From Candidatus Eiseniibacteriota bacterium (GTDB lineage: Bacteria; Arandabacterota; Arandabacteria; Arandabacterales; Arandabacteraceae), in the NCBI GenBank assembly GCA_043810925.1, contig JBDRNT010000161.1, forward strand, positions 77,975 through 141,974: a stretch of DNA of 64,000 nt, read 5' to 3'. The stretch's first letter is position 1; each line of letters starts with the position of its first letter. The notes beneath the pieces are model-generated. The model did not search any database, was not told where the DNA came from, and worked only from the letters and a program-made list of their open reading frames with translations. The position numbers were made by a program, and so were the translations under genes. Below, piece by piece: positions 1 through 9,357 of this stretch.

Positions 1-1002
1 GTCACCGTCTGTGTGGGTGTAGCGACCCGAGCTGGTGGCGAGGTGAAGACATCTCTCATGACTTCGACAAACATGTGGCTCATCGGCAGGACCGGCATGG
101 AAACAACCGGAATCACACATGTCCCCTGGCTTCGCAAGCCAGATCCGGGCGAAATCGGCATCGAAAATATCCACCACGCTATCGGTTATGAGCCTGAGTT
201 TCGGGCCCAGGTTGTTCGGACCCAGCAGGTTCTCCTTCAGGCGGTTTAGACCCTCCATCCGCCGCTCCGCTCGCTTCTGTTCGGTGATGTCGCGGGCAAT
301 AACAGCAAGGCGCCGCACCTTGCCGGCAGCGTCAAAGACCGGACAAATCTTCTGATCGAACCACCGTCCGTGCTCTTGATCCTCAAAACGTACCGGCTTG
401 CCGCTGGTGATGACGTCCTCCGCCCGGGCCGTTCTCCTTCTTGCCACATCCGGTTCGTGTATTTCGGATACCTTCTTTCCAATGATTTCATTCTTGGGTC
501 GTCCAATCACCCGCGATGCCGCGTCGTTTACAGCCACGACGGATCCCTTAGTATCGACCAGCAGCGCAACGTCCGTAGACGCATTCAGGATTGCCTGGGC
601 CTGTTCCTCGCTTTCACGCAGTGCTTTCTCGGTTTGATGTTTCTCGGCGGCTCGACGCACAACTGATACCAGCTGTTTGGTGTCGTAGGGTTTCTCTATA
701 TAGCTGTACGCACCCATATTGACCGCATCGATCGCCGACTCTTGCGAGGCATGCCCTGTCATCAGGATGCATTCGGTGGCTGGAGAGTGTTCTCTCACCC
801 GGCGTATCACGTCGAGGCCCGACATGTCCGACAGCTTGAGATCGATCAGGGCAACTGCGGGTGTCTCCTCGGTGGCCAGATCAACACCTCTCCGGCCGTC
901 AGCCGCCGTTAAAGGAACCGCACCTTCGGCGATTAGAAAATCCGAGAGAAACGTAAGAAGCTTTGGATCGTCATCTATGACGAGGACTTTAGTCCCATCC
1001 AT
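1..1002 (-). CDS. Response-regulator receiver plus PAS-domain signalling protein (partial, runs off window start)
   Basis: Not in the ORF track. Manual translation from ATG at 1002 (GGAGG upstream) gives MDGTKVLVIDDDPKLL...VALIDLKLSDMSGLD...ILMTGHAS...YIEKPYD (REC), followed by ALRESEEQAQAILNASTD... (PAS linker). Confidence 0.85.
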   Translation of the reverse strand, partial: MDGTKVLVIDDDPKLLTFLSDFLIAEGAVPLTAADGRRGVDLATEETPAVALIDLKLSDMSGLDVIRRVREHSPATECILMTGHASQESAIDAVNMGAYSYIEKPYDTKQLVSVVRRAAEKHQTEKALRESEEQAQAILNASTDVALLVDTKGSVVAVNDAASRVIGRPKNEIIGKKVSEIHEPDVARRRTARAEDVITSGKPVRFEDQEHGRWFDQKICPVFDAAGKVRRLAVIARDITEQKRAERRMEGLNRLKENLLGPNNLGPKLRLITDSVVDIFDADFARIWLAKPGDMCDSGCFHAGPADEPHVCRSHERCLHLATSSGRYTHTDGD

Positions 1003-1351
1003 CAGATCTCGCTCACCTCCCTGTCAAGGCTACCTGGCCTGGAGGACACCATGGTCGACGATGATCACTTTCGGTCATGGTCTCAAGTAAGTGTGTGCCT
1101 GGGGATCGTCTGCGGCGGCAATTGAGAAACTGGTGTGCAGATTTACACGCAAGTTGATGCTCACGACACTGAGCGCATAGATATACCACATGACGACCTC
1201 CAATCCAGTGTTTCGGCAGGAGCTAGCGGCAGGATTAGCGCAGAATCAGTAATTCAGAGAGATGACGTTTCGTAGTATGCTCAGGACATATCCGCAGTGT
1301 TGGGGCTTCGCTCGTGGCTTGTGATCCGAAGGGCCCAAATCGGGATAGGCC

Positions 1352-1807
1352 TTACTGTTCCTGCCTGTCGGGCAACTCGACGATTGAAAGCCAGAAGTTC
1401 TTGATGGCCTTAATGACGTTGGAGAACTCGTCGAGGTCAACAGGCTTGGTTATATAGCAGTTCGCGTGCAGATCATAGGCTTTCGCGATGTCCTCCTCGG
1501 CCTTTGACGCGGTCAGAACAACCACCGGGATGCGTCTGAGATACCTATCGGCCTTTATTTCTGCAAGCACCTCACGGCCGTCCTTCTTGCGTAGATTGAG
1601 GTCGAGCAGCAGAAGGTCGGGTGGTGCCGCATCAGTGTGTTCCCCTTCCCCGAGCAGGTAATCCAGTGCTTCCACCCCATCCTTAACGACACACATCTTG
1701 ACTCGAATTCCCTCGTCCCTGACCATTTCCTGTACGAGGCGCGCGTCGGCGGGGTTGTCTTCAACGAGGAGAATCTCGACAGGTCTCTTTGCTGTGTGCG
1801 TATCCAA
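1352..1807 (-). CDS. Single-domain response regulator (Rcp1-like)
   Basis: ILLVEDNPAD...PDLLLLDLNL...DGREVLAEIK...IPVVVLTAS...AYDLHANCYITKP. Confidence 0.92.
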   Translation of the reverse strand: MDTHTAKRPVEILLVEDNPADARLVQEMVRDEGIRVKMCVVKDGVEALDYLLGEGEHTDAAPPDLLLLDLNLRKKDGREVLAEIKADRYLRRIPVVVLTASKAEEDIAKAYDLHANCYITKPVDLDEFSNVIKAIKNFWLSIVELPDRQEQ

Positions 1808-1969
1808 GGTATACTACCTCCTGATCTCAGTGGACTTGATATACGGAGTGTTGCACAGAAGTGTACCGATAGCCGGCATCCATGCAGTTGTGCAGGACCT
1901 TACTTCCATAACGACCTCCTGAGGGCTTTTTCGGCTGGGGAAGTGCACGAGTTTAGTGCAAAGTTCGCA

Positions 1970-4600
1970 TTAAGGGGTGAGCTGGAGCTCTTTCTCGGCT
2001 GATGTCTCGATCGGGCTTGATTCAAGGGCAACCTTCACAGCTCGCAGCAGATCGACCAGCGTATGAGGCTTCGGAAGGAAACGAAATCCACGTTCGGATA
2101 TGACAGACCGCTGGGCCTTGTCATCGGCGTAGCCACTGCTCAAAAGAACCCTAAGATCGGATCTGATGCCGAGAAGCCGGTCAACCAGTTGCAAGCCTGT
2201 CATGTCCGGAAGCACGACATCGCTGAAGACAAGATCAAGGTCCTCACCCTCCTTCACAAAGGTGTCGACCGCGTCTTCAGCGTTTGCCGCGTCTATAACT
2301 CTATAGCCATGCTCCGAAAGCATCCGTCCGGCAAGCCCGCGGAGCTGGTCATCATCCTCGACGATGAGTATCCGTTCACCGCTGCCCCGGTAGTCCGCAT
2401 GAGTGATTGTCTCCGGACTCTCGGGTCTTGATTCCGCTGGAAGAGATTTGAGGTAGACATTGAACGTCGTGCCTTCTCCCGGCCGGCTGGACACGTCTAT
2501 CCGCCCGCCGTGCTGCTTGACAATGCCGTACACCACCGAAAGCCCTAACCCGGTGCCACGGCCGGCCTCCTTTGTGGTAAAGAACGGCTCAAAGATGCGC
2601 TGAGCAGTGGCTTCGTCCATGCCTGTACCATTGTCTGAGACAGACATGCGAACATACCGGCCAGGCTCCATGTCCTTCCTGACAGCACACTGGTCTTCGG
2701 TCAGCAGCACGTTGTCTGTTGTTATGGTGATCTCTCCCCCGTCAGGCATTGCATCCCTGGCATTCAACGCCAGGTTCATGATCACCTGTTCGAGATTCCC
2801 CCTGTCACCGCTTATCGGTCCAAGATCGGGCTCGAGGGCCGCACTGATCCGTACGTCCTCACCTATCAGCCGTTCGAGCATCCTGATCATGTTGCCCACA
2901 ATATCGTTGAGATCCAGTATAGACGCCTTAATAGGCTGCTGCCGGCTGAATAGCAGCAGCTGGCGGGTAAGATCGGCTGCCGATGAGCCCGCATCCGCTA
3001 TCTGTTTGATATCGTCGTATACAGCGTCCTGTTCATCGAGTTTACGCATCGCAAGGTCGCTGTAACCCAGGATTGTCGCAAGAAGGTTGTTGAAATCATG
3101 CGCTACACCACCTGCCAGTGCTCCAACCGCTTCCATCTTCTGGGCCTGGAGCAACTGGGCCTGCATTTTCTCCTTCTCCTCCTGCGCCAGCATCCGCTCG
3201 GTTACATCCCTGAAGACCCCCATGAGAAAGGTCCTGCCGTCCAAATCAATCGGAACTGAGTTAATGTCCGCGTAGAAGACACTGCCGTCCTTCCGCTTGA
3301 CGGGGCAGTCCTTTGCAAGTGTGATTTCTCCCCTGACCTGTTTCTCAAACTGCTCTCTTACCCAGGCCAGGGACTCTGCGGGGTGGATATCCGTGACCGC
3401 GACGTTCTGGATTTCTTCAGAGCTGTACCCCAACATCTGCGCCATGCGCTTGTTCGCCATGAAAAACATCTGGGTCTCGTGCTCTGCGATAAGAATCCCG
3501 TCGGCCGTGCTCTCGAAAATCGTCTCGAATCTCCGCCGGGACTCTTCCATGGCTGCTTCGGCCGCCCTGGCCTCCGTAACGTCCTGGACCGTGCCCATCA
3601 TGACCTCGGACTCACCGTCATGGCCGAACCGTCTTACCTCCGGGTGAGTTGCGTATATCAGGCGCACCTCGCCGTCCGGACGCAGAATGCGGTACTCAAG
3701 CGGGTCTCCGTTGCCCCCATCCGCAACCGTCTTCATCGCCCCAAGAATGGCTTCTCTGTCATCCGGGTGTATGGATGTCCGAATCAGAGACTGGACACTG
3801 TCAAACTCACCGCTCCCCGGAATACCATAGATTCGGCACATCTCTTCCGATAGCCGGAACGAGCCATCCCTTATGTTCCATTCCCAACTGCCCACATGAG
3901 CAATCTCCTGGGCTTTCTTCAGACTGTACTCGCTTTGTGCCAGCGCTTCCTCCGCACACTTACGCTCGGTTATGTCTTTCGTTACGGCAATGAAGGACAC
4001 CGGCTCACCGGCTTGATTGCGGATCACACTCGAGGATAGCTCCCCCTCGAACCTCCTATTACCCTTGGCCAGGAGCGTATATACCACATTTCTTATGATG
4101 CCTTCCTCAAGTGTCCTCTTAATGTTCTCCAGAGCTCTCTCATGCTCCTCCGGTACGATGAAGTCCAGGACGCTCCTGCCGACTATCTCCCCCTTTGAGG
4201 AACCGCCATGCAGCCGCACTGTGGCCTCATTGCAGTCCGTGATTATTCCATTCAGATCAGTTGCCGTGATCGCCTCGGGGGATGACTCCAGCATTGTTCT
4301 GAACTTGTCTTCACTCGCCATCTGCGCATCGACGGCACGCTTCCGCTCAGTGACGCAGATCCTGGTCTTATCACGCTCAGATTGAAGTAGCTCCCGATGT
4401 TTCCGCCGCTGATATATGACTCTAAGAAGAAGGAGCACAAGTATGGTGAGGACGGCGTAAGTCGGGGCTCGGTCTACGAGCAGGCTGTGAGGCAGGTTCG
4501 ATGAAAGCGGGGTCAGTAGTGCCTGGACCGCATAAAGCGATACAACAAAAGCAATCACATAGACCGCTACCTTATGCTCATCCTTCACGACGACCTCCAA
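1970..4600 (-). CDS. Membrane multi-PAS hybrid sensor histidine kinase (CckA-like, C-terminal REC)
   Basis: Two N-terminal TM helices, three PAS/PAC domains, [14 protein letters not shown]-box, [18 protein letters not shown]...GTGLGLS, C-terminal receiver. Confidence 0.93.
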   Translation of the reverse strand: MEVVVKDEHKVAVYVIAFVVSLYAVQALLTPLSSNLPHSLLVDRAPTYAVLTILVLLLLRVIYQRRKHRELLQSERDKTRICVTERKRAVDAQMASEDKFRTMLESSPEAITATDLNGIITDCNEATVRLHGGSSKGEIVGRSVLDFIVPEEHERALENIKRTLEEGIIRNVVYTLLAKGNRRFEGELSSSVIRNQAGEPVSFIAVTKDITERKCAEEALAQSEYSLKKAQEIAHVGSWEWNIRDGSFRLSEEMCRIYGIPGSGEFDSVQSLIRTSIHPDDREAILGAMKTVADGGNGDPLEYRILRPDGEVRLIYATHPEVRRFGHDGESEVMMGTVQDVTEARAAEAAMEESRRRFETIFESTADGILIAEHETQMFFMANKRMAQMLGYSSEEIQNVAVTDIHPAESLAWVREQFEKQVRGEITLAKDCPVKRKDGSVFYADINSVPIDLDGRTFLMGVFRDVTERMLAQEEKEKMQAQLLQAQKMEAVGALAGGVAHDFNNLLATILGYSDLAMRKLDEQDAVYDDIKQIADAGSSAADLTRQLLLFSRQQPIKASILDLNDIVGNMIRMLERLIGEDVRISAALEPDLGPISGDRGNLEQVIMNLALNARDAMPDGGEITITTDNVLLTEDQCAVRKDMEPGRYVRMSVSDNGTGMDEATAQRIFEPFFTTKEAGRGTGLGLSVVYGIVKQHGGRIDVSSRPGEGTTFNVYLKSLPAESRPESPETITHADYRGSGERILIVEDDDQLRGLAGRMLSEHGYRVIDAANAEDAVDTFVKEGEDLDLVFSDVVLPDMTGLQLVDRLLGIRSDLRVLLSSGYADDKAQRSVISERGFRFLPKPHTLVDLLRAVKVALESSPIETSAEKELQLTP

Positions 4601-4607
4601 GTCACGC

Positions 4608-4634
4608 TATCGGAAGCAGTGGGCAGGAAGTTTA
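4608..4634 (-). promoter_or_regulatory. Putative sigma28 (FliA/WhiG-type) promoter
   Basis: TAAA-N16-TCCGATA just upstream of the PAS kinase. Confidence 0.4.
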
Positions 4635-4737
4635 GATTTAAAATGTGAAAGTCTGGCGTACTTGCTGTGCGGGAGGACATCGCGCGGGGAGAACACCGGC
4701 GCATGAGGAATCAGATCGGCAGTTGAGGCGACGGAAG

Positions 4738-4935
4738 TTATCTCTGCTCGCTGGCCACAATCAGATCGCCCGTGGGCAGAAGACCCTCAGGAACCTCATG
4801 GCCCGATATGGCCTTCTTGTAGCGGCCGCAATCCTGGTATATCGTGCGGCAGAAGGCCCAGGCCAGATACTCCGTCTCGTCATCGGCCATTATCGTGCAG
4901 AACATTGAACATGTTTCAAGAAAAGGACAGGCCAT
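4738..4935 (-). CDS. Small Cys-rich hypothetical protein (65 aa)
   Basis: MACPFLETCSMF...FCRTIYQDCGRY...VPEGLLPTG. The Cys spacing suggests a small metal-binding protein, and a sigma28-like site lies directly upstream. Confidence 0.6.
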   Translation of the reverse strand: MACPFLETCSMFCTIMADDETEYLAWAFCRTIYQDCGRYKKAISGHEVPEGLLPTGDLIVASEQR

Positions 4936-4943
4936 GTCTATTG

Positions 4944-4970
4944 TATCGGCACCGGGAGCTGAAAGCCTTA
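4944..4970 (-). promoter_or_regulatory. Putative sigma28 promoter
   Basis: TAAG-N16-GCCGATA. Confidence 0.45.
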
Positions 4971-5051
4971 GGTGTCAGAACACCCAAACATAACGGTTTG
5001 CAGATTGTACCGGAAGAGTGCCTAAGCGACCGTTTTCACGAAACAAATCAG

Positions 5052-5080
5052 TTGACACAATTGCACGTCGTCATTATCTT
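5052..5080 (+). promoter_or_regulatory. sigma70 promoter of the recombinase operon
   Basis: TTGACA-N17-TATCTT. Confidence 0.6.
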
Positions 5081-5140
5081 AACGTTACTTTTGGGACGCA
5101 TGTCAACGAAGGCACAATCTGAAATGAAAGGAGCATCGAC

Positions 5141-6010
5141 ATGCCGACGGCAAAACACCCCCCTGTCATTGGCGACCTTATCAAGAGGTACAAGCAGGAG
5201 TTGATCTCACGGGACTACAGTGCAAGAACAGCCGAAGTTTACGCAACATCTGTTTCTTCCTTCCTCAAGAATGTGCCCGATCCCGCGTCTCCCACAGAAG
5301 AAGATGCGAACAAGTACATAAAGGGGATCCTCGACGGCACCACCAAGGGTGGCGCTTCCCAATCGTCGGTGGGTATCGCGGCAAGTGCGATCAAGCTCCT
5401 CTTCAAGCACACGCTCGGAACTCCTCTTAATCTGTCCGTTGAGCTCAAGCGGCGTGCCCGGCCTATGCCGACCATACTTGCGAGAGAAGAGATCCAGAAG
5501 GTCGTAGGTGTTACAAGGAATGTCAGCCACCGCCTCATCTTCCAGCTGATGTATTCGTCGGGACTCAAACTCGATGAGTTGCTCGGTCTCAAGGTCAAGG
5601 ACGTTGACATCGACGGCAAGAACCTGGTGATCCGTGGTAATTCCACCAGCGGAAGAAAAGCCAAGCAAACCAGAACAACCATAATGTCGGAGAAGGTCGC
5701 CCCGATGCTCCACGCCTTCATAGTGGACAGGGACACGGAAGCTTATGTTTTCCCGGGTATAGACGGCGGACATATGACTCCCAGAGCTGTCCAGAAGGCT
5801 TTCAAGCATGCTCTCAAGAAGGCCGGTGTCAACAAGAAGGCCAGCTGCAATTCTCTGCGACACTCCTTTGCCGTACACCAGCTTGAAAAAGGAGTGGATA
5901 TCAAGCATGTCCGCAGGCTGCTCGGACACGCGCGAACCGAGACCACATCGATTTACAAGAGACTGATATCCGATGATATAATAGACATAAAGAGCCCGCT
6001 GGACGCATAG
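5141..6010 (+). CDS. Tyrosine recombinase/integrase-family protein with N-terminal SAM-like domain and substituted catalytic residues
   Basis: RDYSARTAEVY N-domain; YSSGLKLDELL (R to K), NSLRHSFA (H to N), LLGH, TTSIY. Confidence 0.88.
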   Translation: MPTAKHPPVIGDLIKRYKQELISRDYSARTAEVYATSVSSFLKNVPDPASPTEEDANKYIKGILDGTTKGGASQSSVGIAASAIKLLFKHTLGTPLNLSVELKRRARPMPTILAREEIQKVVGVTRNVSHRLIFQLMYSSGLKLDELLGLKVKDVDIDGKNLVIRGNSTSGRKAKQTRTTIMSEKVAPMLHAFIVDRDTEAYVFPGIDGGHMTPRAVQKAFKHALKKAGVNKKASCNSLRHSFAVHQLEKGVDIKHVRRLLGHARTETTSIYKRLISDDIIDIKSPLDA

Positions 6011-6035
6011 GTGTTGCATATCACGGAGGGATGGA

Positions 6036-6509
6036 ATGGACACGTTCAAGGCAAGTGAGGTTCTTCGGGTTGCAATGAAGATCGAGGAGAATGGCGAGCG
6101 GCTATACCGCCACGCTACGACCCTGGCCGGTGATACGGAGACCAAAGACTTCTTTGGTTTTCTTGCCGATGAGGAGACGAAGCACAAGAAGACGTTCGAG
6201 GCTATGCTCTCAAAGGCCGAGCACTACCAGCCGTCCGAGACCTATCCGGGTGAGCACCTTGTCTACCTCCGTGCATACGCGGATAACATAATCTTCTCGC
6301 CTGACAAAGTCGAAAAGGAGATCGCCGGCCTCACCGACGTGGACAGCGTGCTTGAGTTCGGAATTCAGCGGGAGATCGAGTCCATTCTCTATTATCTCGA
6401 GACCAGGAACCTGGTACCCGATAGTCAGCGTGAGCAGATTGACAAGATCATTGACGAGGAACGCAGGCACTATCTTAGGCTCGTCGATGTCAGAAAGAAC
6501 CTGAGTTAG
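6036..6509 (+). CDS. Rubrerythrin/ferritin-like di-iron protein
   Basis: AMKIEENG...LADEETKH and IQREIES...IDEERRH: duplicated E...ExxH motifs. Confidence 0.88.
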   Translation: MDTFKASEVLRVAMKIEENGERLYRHATTLAGDTETKDFFGFLADEETKHKKTFEAMLSKAEHYQPSETYPGEHLVYLRAYADNIIFSPDKVEKEIAGLTDVDSVLEFGIQREIESILYYLETRNLVPDSQREQIDKIIDEERRHYLRLVDVRKNLS

Positions 6510-6537
6510 AGATCCGCCTATCATCGAGTCGCAGCGT

Positions 6538-7296
6538 ATGGGCGTTTTTGAGAAATTCGCACGCATCTACTCAGAGGGCGGCTACGGTGATTTCAGCAGG
6601 CGGATGGCCGACCTTCTGCCCGCAGCCCTGAGGCAGATCGGCTTCAAGCCCAGTACAGTTCTCGATCTTGCCTGTGGCGACGGGACCTTTGCTGTTGCCA
6701 TGGCGGCGGACGGCTTCAGAGTAACCGGGCTTGACGTATCACCCCATTTGCTCGAATTCGCCGGGAAGAAAGCCGGGAAGGCAGACACCGGCGCCGAGTT
6801 TGTGTTGGGCGATATGCGCAAGCTCCCATTCAAGGAGCAGTTCGATCTCGTCACCTGCTGGTTCGATAGCCTCAATTATCTGACCGAATCCGAAGACCTC
6901 AAGGCGACCTTCACGGGCGTATCGCATGCGCTCCGGCCGGGAGGACTCTTCATTTTCGACATGAATACCATTTACGGTCTCGCTGTCAACTGGCCGAAAT
7001 CACCCTGTTACATACAGCAGGACGCCGATCGTATCTTCGAGGTTCACCTGCCGGCATTCGACCATGAGACCGGTCTCGCAAGCATGAGGATCATCGCGTT
7101 CTCGAAGCATGGCCGGACGTGGCAGCGGATAGAAGAGGAGCACGAGGAGCGCGGATATCCACAGCAGGAAATCAGGTCGTACCTCGGGAACGCAGGATTT
7201 CAGGTACTCGCATGCTGGGGAAGTTTCCGCGAGATGAGTGAGGCCAGGCCTGATAGCAGCCGCGTCTGGTATGTCGCGAAGAAAGCGGGCAAATAA
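6538..7296 (+). CDS. Class I SAM-dependent methyltransferase
   Basis: VLDLACGDG, GLDVS, GDMR, FDSLNY, LRPGGLFIFD. Confidence 0.92.
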   Translation: MGVFEKFARIYSEGGYGDFSRRMADLLPAALRQIGFKPSTVLDLACGDGTFAVAMAADGFRVTGLDVSPHLLEFAGKKAGKADTGAEFVLGDMRKLPFKEQFDLVTCWFDSLNYLTESEDLKATFTGVSHALRPGGLFIFDMNTIYGLAVNWPKSPCYIQQDADRIFEVHLPAFDHETGLASMRIIAFSKHGRTWQRIEEEHEERGYPQQEIRSYLGNAGFQVLACWGSFREMSEARPDSSRVWYVAKKAGK

Positions 7297-7299
7297 CAC

Positions 7300-8688
7300 A
7301 TGAAGCGCCGACCGGGCCTTAAGACGATCGTGGTACTTGCAGTCCTCTTCGCTGCCGGCGCGCTCCACTGGGTGTTGTTTCTCCACAGCGGGAACATGAC
7401 GTTCAGGGCGCACGATTGGGGAAAGGAGTTCATATACTACTCCCTCTTCAAGCAGGCACTGACCACGGGGGAAATACCTTTTCACATCTCGCTTGCTTTT
7501 CACGATACACCGAGGTTCCTGGCACTACCCGAAACCAACCTGTCCCCCCAGATCCTCTTGCTTCCCCTGATGAGTGTCGGACAATTCATACTGGTCAATA
7601 TCCTGATCCTCTATTCGATCGGTTTTGTCGGTTGTCTGCTGATCCGACAACGCTACCGGCTGTCCCTGATACCGTTTTCCATTCTCTTCCTGCTCTTCAA
7701 CTTCAACGGTCACATCACGGCGCACATAGGTGTCGGTCACTCCATGTGGGCCGGTTACTTCCTGCTTCCGTTTTTCTTTCTGTTTGTTCTCGATCTGGCC
7801 GGTGGGAACGTCAGACCGACCACCCCGATTAAGATTGCTTTCGTACTGTTCGCCATCCTGCTTCAGGGAGGGCTTCACATCTTTATGTGGTGCATGACGT
7901 TTTTGGTCTTGCTTCTGGCCTTCAACTGGCGGTACGTGAGGCCCATCCTCACTTCGGTCCTCCTCACGCTGGTGATGTCTGCATTCAGACTGATTCCTGC
8001 GACCTTCGCCCTCGCGGGCAAGAAGGAGAAGTTCATATGGTCCTATCCTACCTTGCGTGACGTACTGGATGCGATCATAACCATAAGACAGCAGGCCCCC
8101 GAGCGCCTTCGGCCGTGGGGGACGGCCGGGTGGTGGGAATTGGACATATATATGGGCATCATCGGGCTGGCTCTGATTGTCTATTTCGGTATCTTTCTTC
8201 GCTTCAGCAAGCGAGAGGATCTTAAGGACCTCAGGTTCAAGCCGCTGGATCTACCAGTGTTCATTATGGCACTGTTCTCGATAAGCTACTTCCACGCGTT
8301 TCTCACAAGACTCCCGATCCCGCTGCTGAGCGCCGAGCGCGTTGCGACCAGATTCATCATAATACCTGTTCTGCTGCTCGCGCTTCTGGCGGTGATACGC
8401 ATGGAAAGAGTCCTGACCAACTTGAAGCAGACCTTCGCTTCCAGGGTCATCGCAGTCGGGGCCGTTCTCATAATGGTACTGGGGTTCGTCGACCATTCAT
8501 TTCTATGGTCGGTAACGAGGCTTGAGCGAATCTGCGGGAACCGGGTGGTCGATCTCACGACCCCCGACGTCATCAGCCGGCCGGATCCCTTGTATAAGAA
8601 TCTTCTCTTGGTATCCGCCGCCCTTTCGATCGCCGGGATCGCTCTGTCACTTTACTTCGCCTTCAGGCACCGCTCCGACAGGATCTAA
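7300..8688 (+). CDS. Polytopic membrane protein (possibly GT-C/YfhO-like)
   Basis: About 11-12 hydrophobic segments with an HDW motif in the first loop. The family call is tentative. Confidence 0.7.
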   Translation: MKRRPGLKTIVVLAVLFAAGALHWVLFLHSGNMTFRAHDWGKEFIYYSLFKQALTTGEIPFHISLAFHDTPRFLALPETNLSPQILLLPLMSVGQFILVNILILYSIGFVGCLLIRQRYRLSLIPFSILFLLFNFNGHITAHIGVGHSMWAGYFLLPFFFLFVLDLAGGNVRPTTPIKIAFVLFAILLQGGLHIFMWCMTFLVLLLAFNWRYVRPILTSVLLTLVMSAFRLIPATFALAGKKEKFIWSYPTLRDVLDAIITIRQQAPERLRPWGTAGWWELDIYMGIIGLALIVYFGIFLRFSKREDLKDLRFKPLDLPVFIMALFSISYFHAFLTRLPIPLLSAERVATRFIIIPVLLLALLAVIRMERVLTNLKQTFASRVIAVGAVLIMVLGFVDHSFLWSVTRLERICGNRVVDLTTPDVISRPDPLYKNLLLVSAALSIAGIALSLYFAFRHRSDRI

Positions 8689-9357
8689 CTCGTCGATCAC
8701 GGTTTCTGATGACTTGTCGATATCTATGATTCTCGAACCCTTGATATACTGACGTGTCTCGTACCTGGTGATCGACTGGAGCTTGCGGGTAATACCTATC
8801 ATACTCTCGACGGCTTCCTGGATCTTCCCCATTTGGGTCCGCAGCCGGCTCCCTTCTCCTACCTGCTTGAGAAGGAGTTCGGCATACCCGGAGACCACCT
8901 GCATGGGCTGGTTGAGCTCGTGGCAGGTCGCCCCGGCCATCTCCAGGGCTCCGCGCAGCTTCTCACGCTGCATCAACTTAGTCTGCATTTCAAGGATACG
9001 CCTGCCCGCACGCAGCCGGACCTTGAGTTCGTGAGGATTAAACGGCTTTGTAACGTAGTCGTCCGCCCCGGCCCCGATGCCCTCGATGATGTCCTTCTTC
9101 CGGTCCCTGCCGGTCAGGAGAATGATATAAATGTATGCCTGACGTTTCTGTTTTCGGATTTCCCTGCAAATGTCGATTCCGTCGATACCCGGCATCATCC
9201 AGTTGAGGATGACCAGACTCGGAGAGTTCCTGGTGTGCAGCTCCTGCCATGCCTCCGCCCCATTGATACAGCTGACGACCTCATACCCCCAGGTCGCGAG
9301 CTTACGCTCCAGGAGCCGGCGGGAGACACGGTCGTCTTCGGCAATCAGAACTCTCAT
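8647..9357 (-). CDS. Response regulator with C-terminal HisKA-like helix and no HATPase
   Basis: MRVLIAEDD...NWMMPGIDG...YVTKPF, then MAGATCHELNQPMQ. Confidence 0.85.
   Translation of the reverse strand: MRVLIAEDDRVSRRLLERKLATWGYEVVSCINGAEAWQELHTRNSPSLVILNWMMPGIDGIDICREIRKQKRQAYIYIILLTGRDRKKDIIEGIGAGADDYVTKPFNPHELKVRLRAGRRILEMQTKLMQREKLRGALEMAGATCHELNQPMQVVSGYAELLLKQVGEGSRLRTQMGKIQEAVESMIGITRKLQSITRYETRQYIKGSRIIDIDKSSETVIDELDPVGAVPEGEVK

Noticed and set aside
1051-1191. Two short RBS-preceded ORFs on opposite strands (24 aa on +, 38 aa on -)
   Set aside because: They overlap each other, have no recognisable motif, and lack promoter or terminator support.
5141-8688. Integron (IntI plus cassettes)
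   Set aside because: The recombinase lacks the IntI-specific insertion before the HxxR box, the downstream genes are co-oriented and tightly packed, and I saw no attC-like sites.
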